A stretch of 61,504 bases of DNA from NCBI GenBank assembly GCA_035641235.1, contig DASQUP010000144.1:1-61504 (forward strand). Direction: 5' to 3'. The DNA comes from Actinomycetota bacterium (GTDB taxonomy: Bacteria > Actinomycetota > CADDZG01 > WHSQ01). The notes under the pieces were generated by a model that saw only the letters and a list, made by a program, of their open reading frames with translations, made no database searches and was not told the origin of the DNA. The first letter of the stretch is position 1, and the number at the start of each line of letters is the position of its first letter. Position numbers and translations under genes: made by a program. Below, piece by piece: positions 17,796 through 26,570 of the stretch.

Positions 17796-17894
17796 CTAGC
17801 CGACGAGGCCGTAAATCCGCAACACGCCGAGCGTGCCAGCGATTGCAATTGCGGCAAGCAGAAGGGCTATGGCGAGCAGTGTGTTTCGACGCAC
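17796..17894 (-). CDS. possible 32-aa single-TM peptide
   Basis: GTG at 17894 to TAG at 17796 encodes MRRNTLLAIALLLAAIAIAGTLGVLRIYGLVG. Weak SD. Not in the ORF track. Speculative. Confidence 0.2.
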   Translation of the reverse strand: MRRNTLLAIALLLAAIAIAGTLGVLRIYGLVG

Positions 17895-17932
17895 GCCCCA
17901 AGCCTAAAGGGCCGGCGCGCGCCGCGGTCACT

Positions 17933-17981
17933 AACCTGTGGTCACAAAACGACACATATTGTTGCTTGGTGTACTCAGGTT
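17933..17981. repeat. nested double hairpin, type B (degenerate copy)
   Basis: AACCTGTGGTCAC ... ACGACA-catat-TGTTGC ... GGTGTACTCAGGTT. Alignable with the copies at 54618 and 55685. Embedded in a larger GC-rich palindrome at about 17911-18008. Confidence 0.5.
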
Positions 17982-18014
17982 CGTGACGCGGGGCTCGGCG
18001 CGCCGGCGGCGCGC

Positions 18015-18386
18015 CTAAGCGAGGTCGCGGCACAACTCGCTGATGTGGCGCTCCAGCTGATTCAGCCCCTCGACCTTTCCGACGCATAGAGCGATGCCGG
18101 ACTGTTTTGCCCGAGCTTCGAGGTCCGGATCCATGTACGCGGTGTACAAAATGATCGCCTGGCCGGGCCGTTCGTCCTTAATGGTGCGAGCGGCTGTGAG
18201 TCCGTCCATCTTGGGCATCTTGTAGTCCATCACCACGACGTCGGGATCAGCTTCCGATGCAAGGCCGATGGCCATCTGCCCTGAGTCCGCCTTACCGACG
18301 ACGTTGAAACCATCCAACTCGAGCATCTCCACGAGCATGTTGCGGACGTGGTCCGTGTCGTCAACTACAAGTACCTTCACACTCAC
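18015..18386 (-). CDS. single-domain response regulator (CheY-like receiver)
   Basis: VLVVDD, phospho-acceptor context VVVMDYKMPKMDG, conserved T (LYTAY) and K. No output domain. GTG start overlaps the upstream stop. Confidence 0.9.
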   Translation of the reverse strand: MSVKVLVVDDTDHVRNMLVEMLELDGFNVVGKADSGQMAIGLASEADPDVVVMDYKMPKMDGLTAARTIKDERPGQAIILYTAYMDPDLEARAKQSGIALCVGKVEGLNQLERHISELCRDLA

Positions 18387-19201
18387 GTGCGGGGCAGCCC
18401 TTTCGCTACGCGCCGGCGCTTCTCGGTCAAACGACTCTCGACATACTCGCGGTTCCTTCTAAGCATTTCGACCAGTTTCGCCGGTTTTTCCAGATATCGG
18501 TAGACCGATAACTCAAGGGATACGGCGCCGGCGTACGCGCTCCTGCGGACTTCGCTCAGGAACCTGTCCAGCGGAAGGATGCCGCGTTCCATCTCCAGAT
18601 GGCCATCCTTGCCGTCACCCGCGTTGTTGGAGAGATGTATGTGTGTGAGCCGGGGGCGCAGGACATGAAATGCATCGAGGATGTCGTGGCGCCCGAGTGC
18701 GAGGTGGCTCGTGTCCAACACGACGTGTGGTGCATGGTGCTGCAAGGAAGCGGGTTCGAGCCATCGGTAGGCGCGCAGCCGCCGTCCGGCGACCCACTTC
18801 GGGTACATCGTCTCGACGGCAACCACCACACCTGAGTCTTTCGAGAACTGGGCCGATTCTTCCTCCACCCAACGCGCATATGCGCCCTCCCACAGATACG
18901 GGGGATGGACGATTTGCGAGGTCGCCCCCAACGCCTTGCACATCTCGGCGCCGCGCCGGATCTTGCCGAGCGGATCGAGGCCCCACACATTTTTCGTGAG
19001 CACGAGGAACGGCCCGTGCAGAGAGGTGATTCTTAGACCGCGTTCCTCAGCCAGTTTCGCCGGGATGTCGGGCTCCTGGGTCTTCGGGTCGCGTGTGACC
19101 ATCAGCTCGATCTCCGTGAACCCGGCCTCGGCGAGGGCGTCCATCGCCTCCTCGAGCTCCATTGCCCAGAAGGGGCCGGTCGAGCACTGGACTGTGGGCA
19201 T
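18383..19201 (-). CDS. sugar phosphate isomerase/epimerase (xylose isomerase-like TIM barrel)
   Basis: ORF 18383..19372. ATG at 19201 (MPTVQCSTGPFWAMELEEAMDALAEAGFTEIEL) preferred, alternative at 19255. Family-typical HLSN/HPPY-type metal-site segments. Confidence 0.8.
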   Translation of the reverse strand: MPTVQCSTGPFWAMELEEAMDALAEAGFTEIELMVTRDPKTQEPDIPAKLAEERGLRITSLHGPFLVLTKNVWGLDPLGKIRRGAEMCKALGATSQIVHPPYLWEGAYARWVEEESAQFSKDSGVVVAVETMYPKWVAGRRLRAYRWLEPASLQHHAPHVVLDTSHLALGRHDILDAFHVLRPRLTHIHLSNNAGDGKDGHLEMERGILPLDRFLSEVRRSAYAGAVSLELSVYRYLEKPAKLVEMLRRNREYVESRLTEKRRRVAKGLPRT

Positions 19202-19375
19202 CGCAGGCGGCTGTGCGTCTCTACTGGTGCGTGGTTCGGGAGGGGGTTGTGACATGGGGACCCATCGTCGCACGACCTCGGCGGTTTTCCGGCCTGCCCT
19301 CTGATGGCAATTGGACCCACCCAAGGTGTGCCCACTTGCCATCTCGGGGAGGGGGGCGGGCCCGGAACGCAAATA

Positions 19376-19397
19376 GCGCCCCCGTCACCGGGGGCGC
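19376..19397 (-). terminator. putative terminator downstream of crp-like gene
   Basis: On the minus strand: GCGCCCCC-GGTGAC-GGGGGCGC followed by TATTT. Confidence 0.4.
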
Positions 19398-19506
19398 CAG
19401 CAGAGTCCTTTAAGGGAGGGCCGGCTTGGGGCGGGCTGGGAGGCTCGTTGCACGGCCCGGGGGAGGCCGTGAGGTCCTTGAAGCCCTTCCTTGCGGGTAA
19501 CTCCGA

Positions 19507-20304
19507 CTATGTATTCGGGATTTCGCCGTCAAACCTTGAGTGGTTCGGACGGGCTTTTTTTCGCGCCTTTTTGTCCATCGGGTGGGGGTTTCCGGCTTGG
19601 AGGGCGAGTGGCCTTGGCACCAGGGGAAAGCCCTCAGCTCGGATCGCTTGGAGGAGGTCGGGGCGCAGGATCGTCAGTTCACTTCTCGTGTAGTCGAGGA
19701 CACCCTGCTCCTTGAGTCGCCGCAGCGCCTTGCAGGTGCTTTCCCGGGAGATACCCGCGAGCCGGCCGAGATCGGTTTGCGCCAACGGCAGCTCGAGCCT
19801 GAAGCGCCCATCGGAGCCCCGACCGATCACTTGGGCAAGGTCGAGCAGGCGACCGGCGAGCCGGGAGGACGCCGGTGCACACGTGCGCTCGAGCGCCGTC
19901 GTCCCCAGCCACCTGAGACGACCGGCCATGATCCGGGCGAGTTCGAGCGTGGCTCCGGGGTTGCCCCTCAGCACTTCGAGGAGGCGCCATGCATCAAACC
20001 CGACCACGCTGCATTTGGTGACCGCCACGGCGTCGGTGACCTGCGGGATCCCCTCGATAGCGGCGGCGTCCCCAAGCAGATCCCCCGCAACGGCTAGACC
20101 CAGGATCGTCTCCCGGCCGTCAGCGTCCCGGGCGGTCAGCTTCACGATGCCCGACGAAACCAGGTGCACCCGCGGGGCCGCCTCGCCTGATAGATGGATG
20201 AACGAGCCGGGGTCGAGCCGCCGGGGGACCGCCTTTTCGAGAAGACAGGCCCGTTCGTCCGGAGAGAGGTGAGCCAGAAGAGGGGCGATGGACGAAGAGG
20301 GCAT
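19507..20304 (-). CDS. Crp/Fnr-family transcriptional regulator (cNMP-binding plus HTH)
   Basis: cNMP-binding beta-roll and HTH RESTCKALRRLKEQGVL. ATG at 20304 is preceded by GGAGG. No N-terminal Cys cluster, so not FNR-type. Confidence 0.85.
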   Translation of the reverse strand: MPSSSIAPLLAHLSPDERACLLEKAVPRRLDPGSFIHLSGEAAPRVHLVSSGIVKLTARDADGRETILGLAVAGDLLGDAAAIEGIPQVTDAVAVTKCSVVGFDAWRLLEVLRGNPGATLELARIMAGRLRWLGTTALERTCAPASSRLAGRLLDLAQVIGRGSDGRFRLELPLAQTDLGRLAGISRESTCKALRRLKEQGVLDYTRSELTILRPDLLQAIRAEGFPLVPRPLALQAGNPHPMDKKARKKARPNHSRFDGEIPNT

Positions 20305-20447
20305 TTCCGTAACCTCCGCTGCGAGCCATCCCCTCCTCCGTGGGTAAGAATAGCGTAAGCTTCTTAATACGTCCATTTACCTTCGTTTGCGTTATATAGC
20401 ATCTGGAACTGGCCGGCGTAGTCGACTCCGGGTGCGAAGATGAGCCC

Positions 20448-21002
20448 ATGCACGACGGCACCCCAGCACCCCCTTCCTCTCACTCGAGGATGCTCCGGCG
20501 CGCCTGGATTCTGGTCCCGGCGGCTGCTTTTGTCGGCCTTCTTACGTTCGGTTTGCTGCGTGCGGGGGAGGCGCCGGGAATCGGCGACACGGCGCCCGAG
20601 TTCACGGCGGAGCGCCTAAACGACGGCGGCTCTCTCTCGCTGAACGAGCTCCGCGGGCGCCCCGTGCTCCTGAACTTCTGGGCCTCCTGGTGTGTCCCCT
20701 GCGAGGACGAGGGACCGATGCTGCGCGCCGGCTTCGAGCGCTACGGCAATCAAGTTCACTTCGTCGGCGTCGATATACGTGACGCTCGAGGAGATGCTCA
20801 GGAGTTCGTTCGCCGCCACAAGCTCGACTATGAGCATGTTCGTGATGAAAGGCTTCAGATCTACGACGACTACGGATTAACCGGACAGCCCGAGACCTTT
20901 CTCATCGATTCGGACGGCAGGATCGTCCAGCACATCTCCGGGCCACTGCTGAGCGAGGACGATCTGTTCGTGTTGCTCGAGGAGCTCGTAACCCGTGGTT
21001 GA
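20448..21002 (+). CDS. TlpA/ResA-family thiol:disulfide oxidoreductase
   Basis: N-terminal TM anchor and thioredoxin motif FWASWCVPCEDE. Confidence 0.88.
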   Translation: MHDGTPAPPSSHSRMLRRAWILVPAAAFVGLLTFGLLRAGEAPGIGDTAPEFTAERLNDGGSLSLNELRGRPVLLNFWASWCVPCEDEGPMLRAGFERYGNQVHFVGVDIRDARGDAQEFVRRHKLDYEHVRDERLQIYDDYGLTGQPETFLIDSDGRIVQHISGPLLSEDDLFVLLEELVTRG

Positions 21003-21732
21003 TCCGACCGCCCCTCTCGCATTCGTCGCCGGGCTGGTTTCCTTTCTGTCGCCGTGCGTGTTGCCGCTAGTGCCGGGTTACCTCTCGTACATGTCGGGGA
21101 TCGGCAACTCCGAGCAGGGTAGGCGGCGCACCGTTCATACCGGCGCGGTCGCCCTCACTTTTGTCCTCGGCTTCACGCTCGTTTTTGTAGCTCTGGGAGC
21201 AACGGCGACCTACCTCGGAACCTTCTTGCGCGACAACCAGCAGGAGTTCGCCCGCGTTGGCGGTGTACTCATCATCTTGATGGGGCTGGTTTTCATGGGC
21301 GCACTCAAGGTTCCCTGGTTGTACCGGGAAGCGCGCTTTCATCCCTCACCCGGCGCCGGCGTGTCGGGCAGCCTTCTGCTCGGGGTCGCCTTTGCCTTTG
21401 GGTGGTCCCCATGTATCGGCGCAACGATGGGAGCCGTGCTCACCATGGCGGCCGGTCGGGGGAGCACCGGCGGCCCCGCGGAGGGCGCCTTCCTCCTGGC
21501 GGTTTATTCGTTCGGGTTGGGGCTCCCCTTCATACTGTCGGGGCTCGGGGTCTCGAAACTGACCGGCGCGGTCAAATGGCTCCGCAACCACACCAGGACG
21601 CTGAACCTCGTGAGCGGCGCTCTTCTGGTGGCGGTTGGCCTGCTGTTTGTCACGGGAGACCTATTCCGACTGTCTATATGGATGCAGAGGACGCTCACGG
21701 CCTTGGGCCTGGATTTCTGGAGTGACATCTGA
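20995..21732 (+). CDS. ccdA: cytochrome c biogenesis thiol-reductant transporter CcdA
   Basis: FLSPCVLPLVPGYLSYM and SPCIG motifs. 6 TM. Confidence 0.9.
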   Translation: MVDPTAPLAFVAGLVSFLSPCVLPLVPGYLSYMSGIGNSEQGRRRTVHTGAVALTFVLGFTLVFVALGATATYLGTFLRDNQQEFARVGGVLIILMGLVFMGALKVPWLYREARFHPSPGAGVSGSLLLGVAFAFGWSPCIGATMGAVLTMAAGRGSTGGPAEGAFLLAVYSFGLGLPFILSGLGVSKLTGAVKWLRNHTRTLNLVSGALLVAVGLLFVTGDLFRLSIWMQRTLTALGLDFWSDI

Positions 21733-21834
21733 CCGGCTTCCGATCAGACGTTCGGCGGGTCGCACAAATTCACGACCCTGGGTTTGTGGCCCCCACAGAG
21801 ACCTAAAAGTCCAGGTAGGAGCGCTCTTCGTCGT

Positions 21835-21852
21835 TTGTGATAGCAGTCACAA
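21835..21852. promoter_or_regulatory. Rex operator (ROP) upstream of rex
   Basis: TTGTGA-TAGCAG-TCACAA, with perfect half-sites of the TTGTGAA-N4-TTCACAA consensus. Lies 23 nt upstream of the rex ATG. Confidence 0.75.
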
Positions 21853-21874
21853 GCTCAGATAGGATGGTCCACGT

Positions 21875-22579
21875 ATGCCAAATCGACCCATCCCCGACGC
21901 AACCGTAGGCCGGCTTCCCATCTACCTCCGAGCCCTACTGGACCTTGCCGAGACGCGTCCGGAGACCAAGGTCTCCTCGGACGAGCTTGCTCGGCTCGCC
22001 GGTGTGAACGCCGCAAAGGTCCGCAAGGACCTCTCGTACCTCGGCTCGTACGGCACACGCGGCGTTGGCTACGATGTCGAATACCTCCTCTATCAGATTA
22101 CTCGTGAGCTCGGACTGACCCAGGACTGGCCGGCTGCGCTCATCGGTGTTGGAAACCTCGGGCGCGCACTCGCCTCATATCGTGGGTTCTCGGAACGGGG
22201 CTTCCGCATCGCTGCGTTGTTCGATATCAAAGACAGCGTGATAGGCGCTGAGGTAGGCGGTCAGTATGTGCGTCACCTCGACGAACTGAAGGATATCGTG
22301 ACCGACGAAGGAATCTCTATCGGGATAATCACCACGCCGCCGACCGCAGCCCAAGAGGTTGCTGAGCGCCTCGTCGACGCCGGCGTGAAGTCGATACTGA
22401 ACTTCGCTCCCGCCGTCGTAAACGTGCCTCCGGACGTCAACGTCCGCAAGGTCGATCTCTCGATCGAACTCCAGATCCTCTCGTTCCACATGCAGCGCAT
22501 GCAGGCCATCGCCACCGCGCGTGAGGCCAATCGCCGGCTCGGCGCGACCAATCGTCCGCCGGCCGGAAGGAGTCTCTAG
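21875..22579 (+). CDS. rex: redox-sensing transcriptional repressor Rex
   Basis: N-terminal IPDATVGRLPIYLRAL winged helix plus Rossmann GVGNLGRAL. Confidence 0.93.
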   Translation: MPNRPIPDATVGRLPIYLRALLDLAETRPETKVSSDELARLAGVNAAKVRKDLSYLGSYGTRGVGYDVEYLLYQITRELGLTQDWPAALIGVGNLGRALASYRGFSERGFRIAALFDIKDSVIGAEVGGQYVRHLDELKDIVTDEGISIGIITTPPTAAQEVAERLVDAGVKSILNFAPAVVNVPPDVNVRKVDLSIELQILSFHMQRMQAIATAREANRRLGATNRPPAGRSL

Positions 22580-22592
22580 ATCGTTGACTCCC

Positions 22593-23858
22593 ATGTCGCT
22601 TGTCGTCGTGGGGCTCAACCACAAGACCGCTCCCATTTCGCTTCTCGATCATCTCGCCATTTCTGAGGAGCGGCTCGGCAAGGCATTGCAGCACCTCAGC
22701 GGCTACGAACATGTTGCCGAGGGCGTGGTCCTTTCGACATGCAACCGCATCGAGGTATACGCGGCGGTAACCAGATTCCATGCGGGCGCCCAGAACCTTC
22801 GCAACTTCCTCGCGGAGTTCTGCCACGTTGCGCCCGAGGACTTCGCCGACCATCTGTACACGTATTACGACGAGGGTGCCGTTCGACACCTGTTCCGAGT
22901 CGCCGGAGGGATCGATTCGATGGTGATAGGCGAGTCCGAGATCCTCGGTCAGGTCCGGCGCGCCCATCAGTTCGCGGCCGATGAGAACCGCGTGGGGCCT
23001 CTGCTCGGGATGGCGTTCCGCCGGGCCCTGCGAGTTGGAAAACGCGCCCGCTCGGAAACAGCCATCGGCCGGAATCCCGCGTCTATTTCGTCCGCTGCCA
23101 TTGAGCTTGCCCGGAGGGCATTCGAAGAGGGAACGCTCTCCGGGCGCACCGTTGCCATTGTCGGAGCCGGCAAGATGGGCCGGTTGGCTGCCGCGGCTCT
23201 TGGCTCCGCAGGGGCGTCTGATGTAGTCATCCTCAACCGGAGCGAAGAACGAGCGCGCGCCGCAGCCCACGCGTTCGACGCGACCCCGCGTCCGTTCGAG
23301 GACCTCCCCGACGTGCTGGCGTCGGTCGACATCGTTATCTCCTCCACGACCGCTCCGCGCACGGTTATCGATCGCGAGATGGTCGCCGAGGCCGTAGGCA
23401 AACGTCCCCCGGAGCAACCTTTGTTTATCGTGGATATAGCCGTCCCGCGCGATGTCGATCCCGAAGTTGCTGCCCTATCGGGAGTCGTGCTGCGCGACAT
23501 CGAGGATTTGCGCGATGTGGTCGAGACAACCATCGGGACCCGAATCTCCGAGGTGTCGAAGGTGGAGGAGATCATCGCCGCGGAGATCGACTACTTCGCA
23601 CAGTGGCAGCGAGCACAAGAAACTGCACCGACGGCTGCCGCTCTGGTGAGCAAGGCAGAGTCACTTCGTGCCGCCGAACTTGAACGTATCCGTTCGCATC
23701 TCGAGGCAATGACGCCGGAACAGCGGAACGCAGTTGCGCACATGTCCCGCCGACTCGTTGCGAAGATCTTCCACACTCCGCTGAGCAAGACACGCGACCT
23801 GAGCGGCCCCGAGCTCGAAGCGCTGCGCGCCCTGTTCGAGCTCGACGATGGCGAATAG
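22593..23858 (+). CDS. hemA: glutamyl-tRNA reductase
   Basis: ATG at 22593 (MSLVVVGLNHKTAPI). Catalytic Cys context STCNRIEVY. NADPH motif GAGKMG. Confidence 0.93.
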   Translation: MSLVVVGLNHKTAPISLLDHLAISEERLGKALQHLSGYEHVAEGVVLSTCNRIEVYAAVTRFHAGAQNLRNFLAEFCHVAPEDFADHLYTYYDEGAVRHLFRVAGGIDSMVIGESEILGQVRRAHQFAADENRVGPLLGMAFRRALRVGKRARSETAIGRNPASISSAAIELARRAFEEGTLSGRTVAIVGAGKMGRLAAAALGSAGASDVVILNRSEERARAAAHAFDATPRPFEDLPDVLASVDIVISSTTAPRTVIDREMVAEAVGKRPPEQPLFIVDIAVPRDVDPEVAALSGVVLRDIEDLRDVVETTIGTRISEVSKVEEIIAAEIDYFAQWQRAQETAPTAAALVSKAESLRAAELERIRSHLEAMTPEQRNAVAHMSRRLVAKIFHTPLSKTRDLSGPELEALRALFELDDGE

Positions 23859-23873
23859 CGCGGTTCGGATACC

Positions 23874-24833
23874 GTGGCGCTCGACCGCCTTGTAATCGCA
23901 AGCCGCGGATCTACACTGGCGCTCCGCCAGGCAGGGATCGTGGCGGAACTCGTGGGTTCCGTGTCCGGCGACATCGACGTTGACGTTCGTACCGTGAAGA
24001 CTCGCGGGGACAGCGACAAGCGCGCCTTTGCCCACATCGGAGGCAAGGGCCTGTTTGTTGCCGATGTCGAGCGCGAGGTCGCCGAGGGACGTGCCGACAT
24101 CGCCGTCCACTCGGCCAAGGACCTGACGGCCGACCTCGGCCCGGGATGCGCAATCGTTTGTGTTCCGCCGCGCGCGTCGGTGCACGACGTGGTGGTTGGG
24201 GGGACCGGCGATTCGGGCGAAGAACGACTTGGCCGGCTCCCCGAAGGAGCGACCGTCGGAACATCGAGCATGCGCCGGCGAGCCCTACTGTCCGAAGCTC
24301 GCCCCGAGCTGAAGGCCGTCGAGTTTCGGGGAAACCTCGACACCCGCCTGAGAAAGGTGGCCGACGGGCAGGTCGACGTCGCGGTCCTGGCCGCCGCAGG
24401 AATCGAACGTCTCGACGCGGATGTGTCCATCGCTCCCCTCGATCCGGCTTGGTGGATCCCCCCACCTGGTCAGGGCGCCCTGGCCATCGAGGCTCGCTCC
24501 GACCGCAACGATCTGATCGATCTGTTTGCCGGGGTGACAGACCCCGCGGCAGCCGCCGAGGTCGCCTGCGAGAGGGCATTCTCGGCGCGCCTCGAAGGGG
24601 GCTGCTCGGTGCCGCTCGGGTGCCTCGCCAGGGCATCCGGTTCGGAGCTCGTCGCCACCGGATTCCTCGGGCATCCGGAGGGTGCGGAGTCGATACGGGA
24701 CCGCATCTCCGGCGGAGTCTCAGAGGCCGAAGCTCTGGGGCGGGAGCTGGCCGAAGCGATCCTCGCCGGAGGGGGCGGCGACCTGCTCGAGGAGATCCGG
24801 GCCGGAACTCCACCGAGCATCTCCCCGCCGTGA
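23874..24833 (+). CDS. hemC: hydroxymethylbilane synthase (porphobilinogen deaminase)
   Basis: IASRGSTLALRQA and GNLDTRL motifs, plus the cofactor Cys in GGCSVPLG. Confidence 0.93.
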   Translation: MALDRLVIASRGSTLALRQAGIVAELVGSVSGDIDVDVRTVKTRGDSDKRAFAHIGGKGLFVADVEREVAEGRADIAVHSAKDLTADLGPGCAIVCVPPRASVHDVVVGGTGDSGEERLGRLPEGATVGTSSMRRRALLSEARPELKAVEFRGNLDTRLRKVADGQVDVAVLAAAGIERLDADVSIAPLDPAWWIPPPGQGALAIEARSDRNDLIDLFAGVTDPAAAAEVACERAFSARLEGGCSVPLGCLARASGSELVATGFLGHPEGAESIRDRISGGVSEAEALGRELAEAILAGGGGDLLEEIRAGTPPSISPP

Positions 24834-25591
24834 TCGACCGCCCACTAGGTGGGATCCGCGTTGCGGTAACGCGCCCGGAGCATCAGGCGCAGCCGCTCGT
24901 CGCTGAACTGAAGGCTGCCGGAGCCGATGTACTTGTGGCTCCGCTGATCGTTATTGCCGACCCCGAATCATTCGAGCCGCTGGATGCCGCTGTGCAACGT
25001 TTAGTGGAGGGCCACTATCACTGGGTTGTGTTCACGAGCGTCAACTCGGTCCTAAAGGTCCTGACCCGCTTGGGGGCATTGGGCAGCACGTGGCAAATCC
25101 GGGCCGATATAGCGGCGGTCGGACCGGCCACCGCCGACGTGCTTCAAAGCCATCAGGTGCCGGTAAGAGTCATTCCTCAGCGGTCCACTGGTGTCGAGGC
25201 GGCCGCAGCCATTGGGCCCGGTCCCGGCGCGGTGCTGTTGCCGAGGGTCGAGGGTGGGCCACGCGACATCGTCGAAGCCTTGGCTGCACTCGGATGGGAT
25301 ATTGACGAAGTCCCGGCCTATCGGAACCTGCCGGCCGGCCCCGAGTCGCCTGGTATCGATCGGATTATTGCCGGTGAGTTCGATGTGATTACGCTGACCA
25401 GTGCATCGGCAGCTCGGAGCCTCGCTGCGTTTGCACAACCGCTGCCGGACGCCGTCGTCGCCTGCATCGGTCCATCCACTGCTGTGGGGGCGCGCGCCGC
25501 CGGCCTTCGGGTGGATGTCGTCGCCGATGAGCACACCGCACCCGGCCTGGTAAATGCGATCATCGACCACGTCCGGGGAATGGCACGATAG
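24830..25591 (+). CDS. hemD: uroporphyrinogen-III synthase
   Basis: 3' part of ORF 24146..25591. GTG at 24830 overlaps the hemC TGA. HEM4-like repeats (VAVTRP..., VVFTSVN, ITLTSAS). Confidence 0.8.
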   Translation: MIDRPLGGIRVAVTRPEHQAQPLVAELKAAGADVLVAPLIVIADPESFEPLDAAVQRLVEGHYHWVVFTSVNSVLKVLTRLGALGSTWQIRADIAAVGPATADVLQSHQVPVRVIPQRSTGVEAAAAIGPGPGAVLLPRVEGGPRDIVEALAALGWDIDEVPAYRNLPAGPESPGIDRIIAGEFDVITLTSASAARSLAAFAQPLPDAVVACIGPSTAVGARAAGLRVDVVADEHTAPGLVNAIIDHVRGMAR

Positions 25592-25595
25592 GCGC

Positions 25596-26570
25596 ATGAG
25601 TTCATACCCGGATTTCCGTCCGCGCCGCCTGCGGCGCACGGCCGCTATGCGGCGCGCCTTTGCCGAGACGAGCCTTTTGCCGTCGGATCTGGTGGCGCCG
25701 TTGTTCGTCAAGGAGGGTATCGACGAGCCGGTCCCAGTGGCGTCGATGCCGGGCCAGTCGCAACACACCCTCGAGTCGCTCCTCAAGGAGAGCCGCGAGA
25801 TCGTCGAGCGCGGCGTCGCCGGGCTGCTCGTCTTTGGAATCCCGGCCTTTAAGGATGAAGGTGGCTCTGAGTCCTTCAATCCGGATGGGATCGTTCAGGG
25901 CGCGTTGAGGGCGCTCAAGGACGAGTTCGGAGACGACGTTCTGCTGATCGCCGATCTGTGTCTTTGTGAGTACACATCGCACGGTCACTGCGGTGTGTTG
26001 AGCGGCCAGACGATCGACAACGACGCGACGCTCGATGTGTACCGGCGCATCGCCGTGTCGCAGGCGGAGGCCGGCGCCGACATCATTGCTCCGTCCGGAA
26101 TGATGGACGGACAGGTGGGAGCCATCCGCTCGGCACTCGACGCCGGTCACTCCGAGCGAGCGATCCTCGCGTACGCGGCAAAGTACGCGTCGAGTTTCTA
26201 CGGCCCGTTCCGAGATGCCGGCGAGGGTGCGCCGCAGTTTGGGGATCGTCGCTCCTATCAGGAGGACCCACCGAACGTTGACGAGGCGCTTCGTGAGGTG
26301 GCTCTCGACATCGCCGAAGGCGCCGATGCGGTGATGGTCAAACCCGCAATCGGCTATCTCGACGTGCTGCGTGCCGTAAAGGAACGATTCCGGTATCCCA
26401 CCGCGGCGTACAACGTGTCGGGCGAATACTCGATGCTGATGGCTGCTGCCGAGCGGGGCTGGATCGATGAGCGCGCCGCCACACTCGAGACGCTAACGGC
26501 CATCCGGCGCGCCGGAGCCGACCTTGTGATCACGTACCACGCCAAAAAGGCGGCCGAATGGCTGACGTGA
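25596..26570 (+). CDS. hemB: porphobilinogen synthase (Zn-type)
   Basis: ATG at 25596 (MSSYPDFRPRRLR). Cys-rich metal site DLCLCEYTSHGHCG. Active-site Lys in VMVKPA. Confidence 0.93.
   Translation: MSSYPDFRPRRLRRTAAMRRAFAETSLLPSDLVAPLFVKEGIDEPVPVASMPGQSQHTLESLLKESREIVERGVAGLLVFGIPAFKDEGGSESFNPDGIVQGALRALKDEFGDDVLLIADLCLCEYTSHGHCGVLSGQTIDNDATLDVYRRIAVSQAEAGADIIAPSGMMDGQVGAIRSALDAGHSERAILAYAAKYASSFYGPFRDAGEGAPQFGDRRSYQEDPPNVDEALREVALDIAEGADAVMVKPAIGYLDVLRAVKERFRYPTAAYNVSGEYSMLMAAAERGWIDERAATLETLTAIRRAGADLVITYHAKKAAEWLT

Noticed and set aside
17911-18015. GGCGCGCC / GGCGCGCGCC palindromes flanking the type B hairpins (also at 34086, 35186, 54571-54614, 54688, 55644, 55735)
   Set aside because: At about 65% GC, any given all-G/C 8-mer is expected roughly 8 times in 61 kb. 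It also occurs inside coding regions (for example 20485, 38700, 43970). Flanking occurrences cannot be distinguished from chance without a genome-wide test.
20330-20400. AT-rich crp/tlpA divergent region with TAAGAA-N10-TTCTTA and TGCGTTATATAGCA imperfect palindromes as possible Crp sites
   Set aside because: Neither matches the TGTGA-N6-TCACA or TTGAT-N4-ATCAA classes. The symmetry is weak (about 10 of 14), so this remains an untestable guess from sequence alone.
21760-21775. Possible second Rex half-site TCGCACAAATTCACGA upstream of rex
   Set aside because: Only one arm resembles TTCACAA, and the sequence is not palindromic.
22437-24813. Several long minus-strand ORFs (22437..23417, 22967..23575, 23591..24430, 23911..24813)
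   Set aside because: All are antisense to hemA/hemC with Arg/Ser/Pro-rich low-information composition.
24146-24829. N-terminal 228 codons of ORF 24146..25591
   Set aside because: This is an out-of-frame overlap with hemC, with Arg/Gly/Pro-rich junk composition. hemD starts at the GTG at 24830, coupled to the hemC stop.
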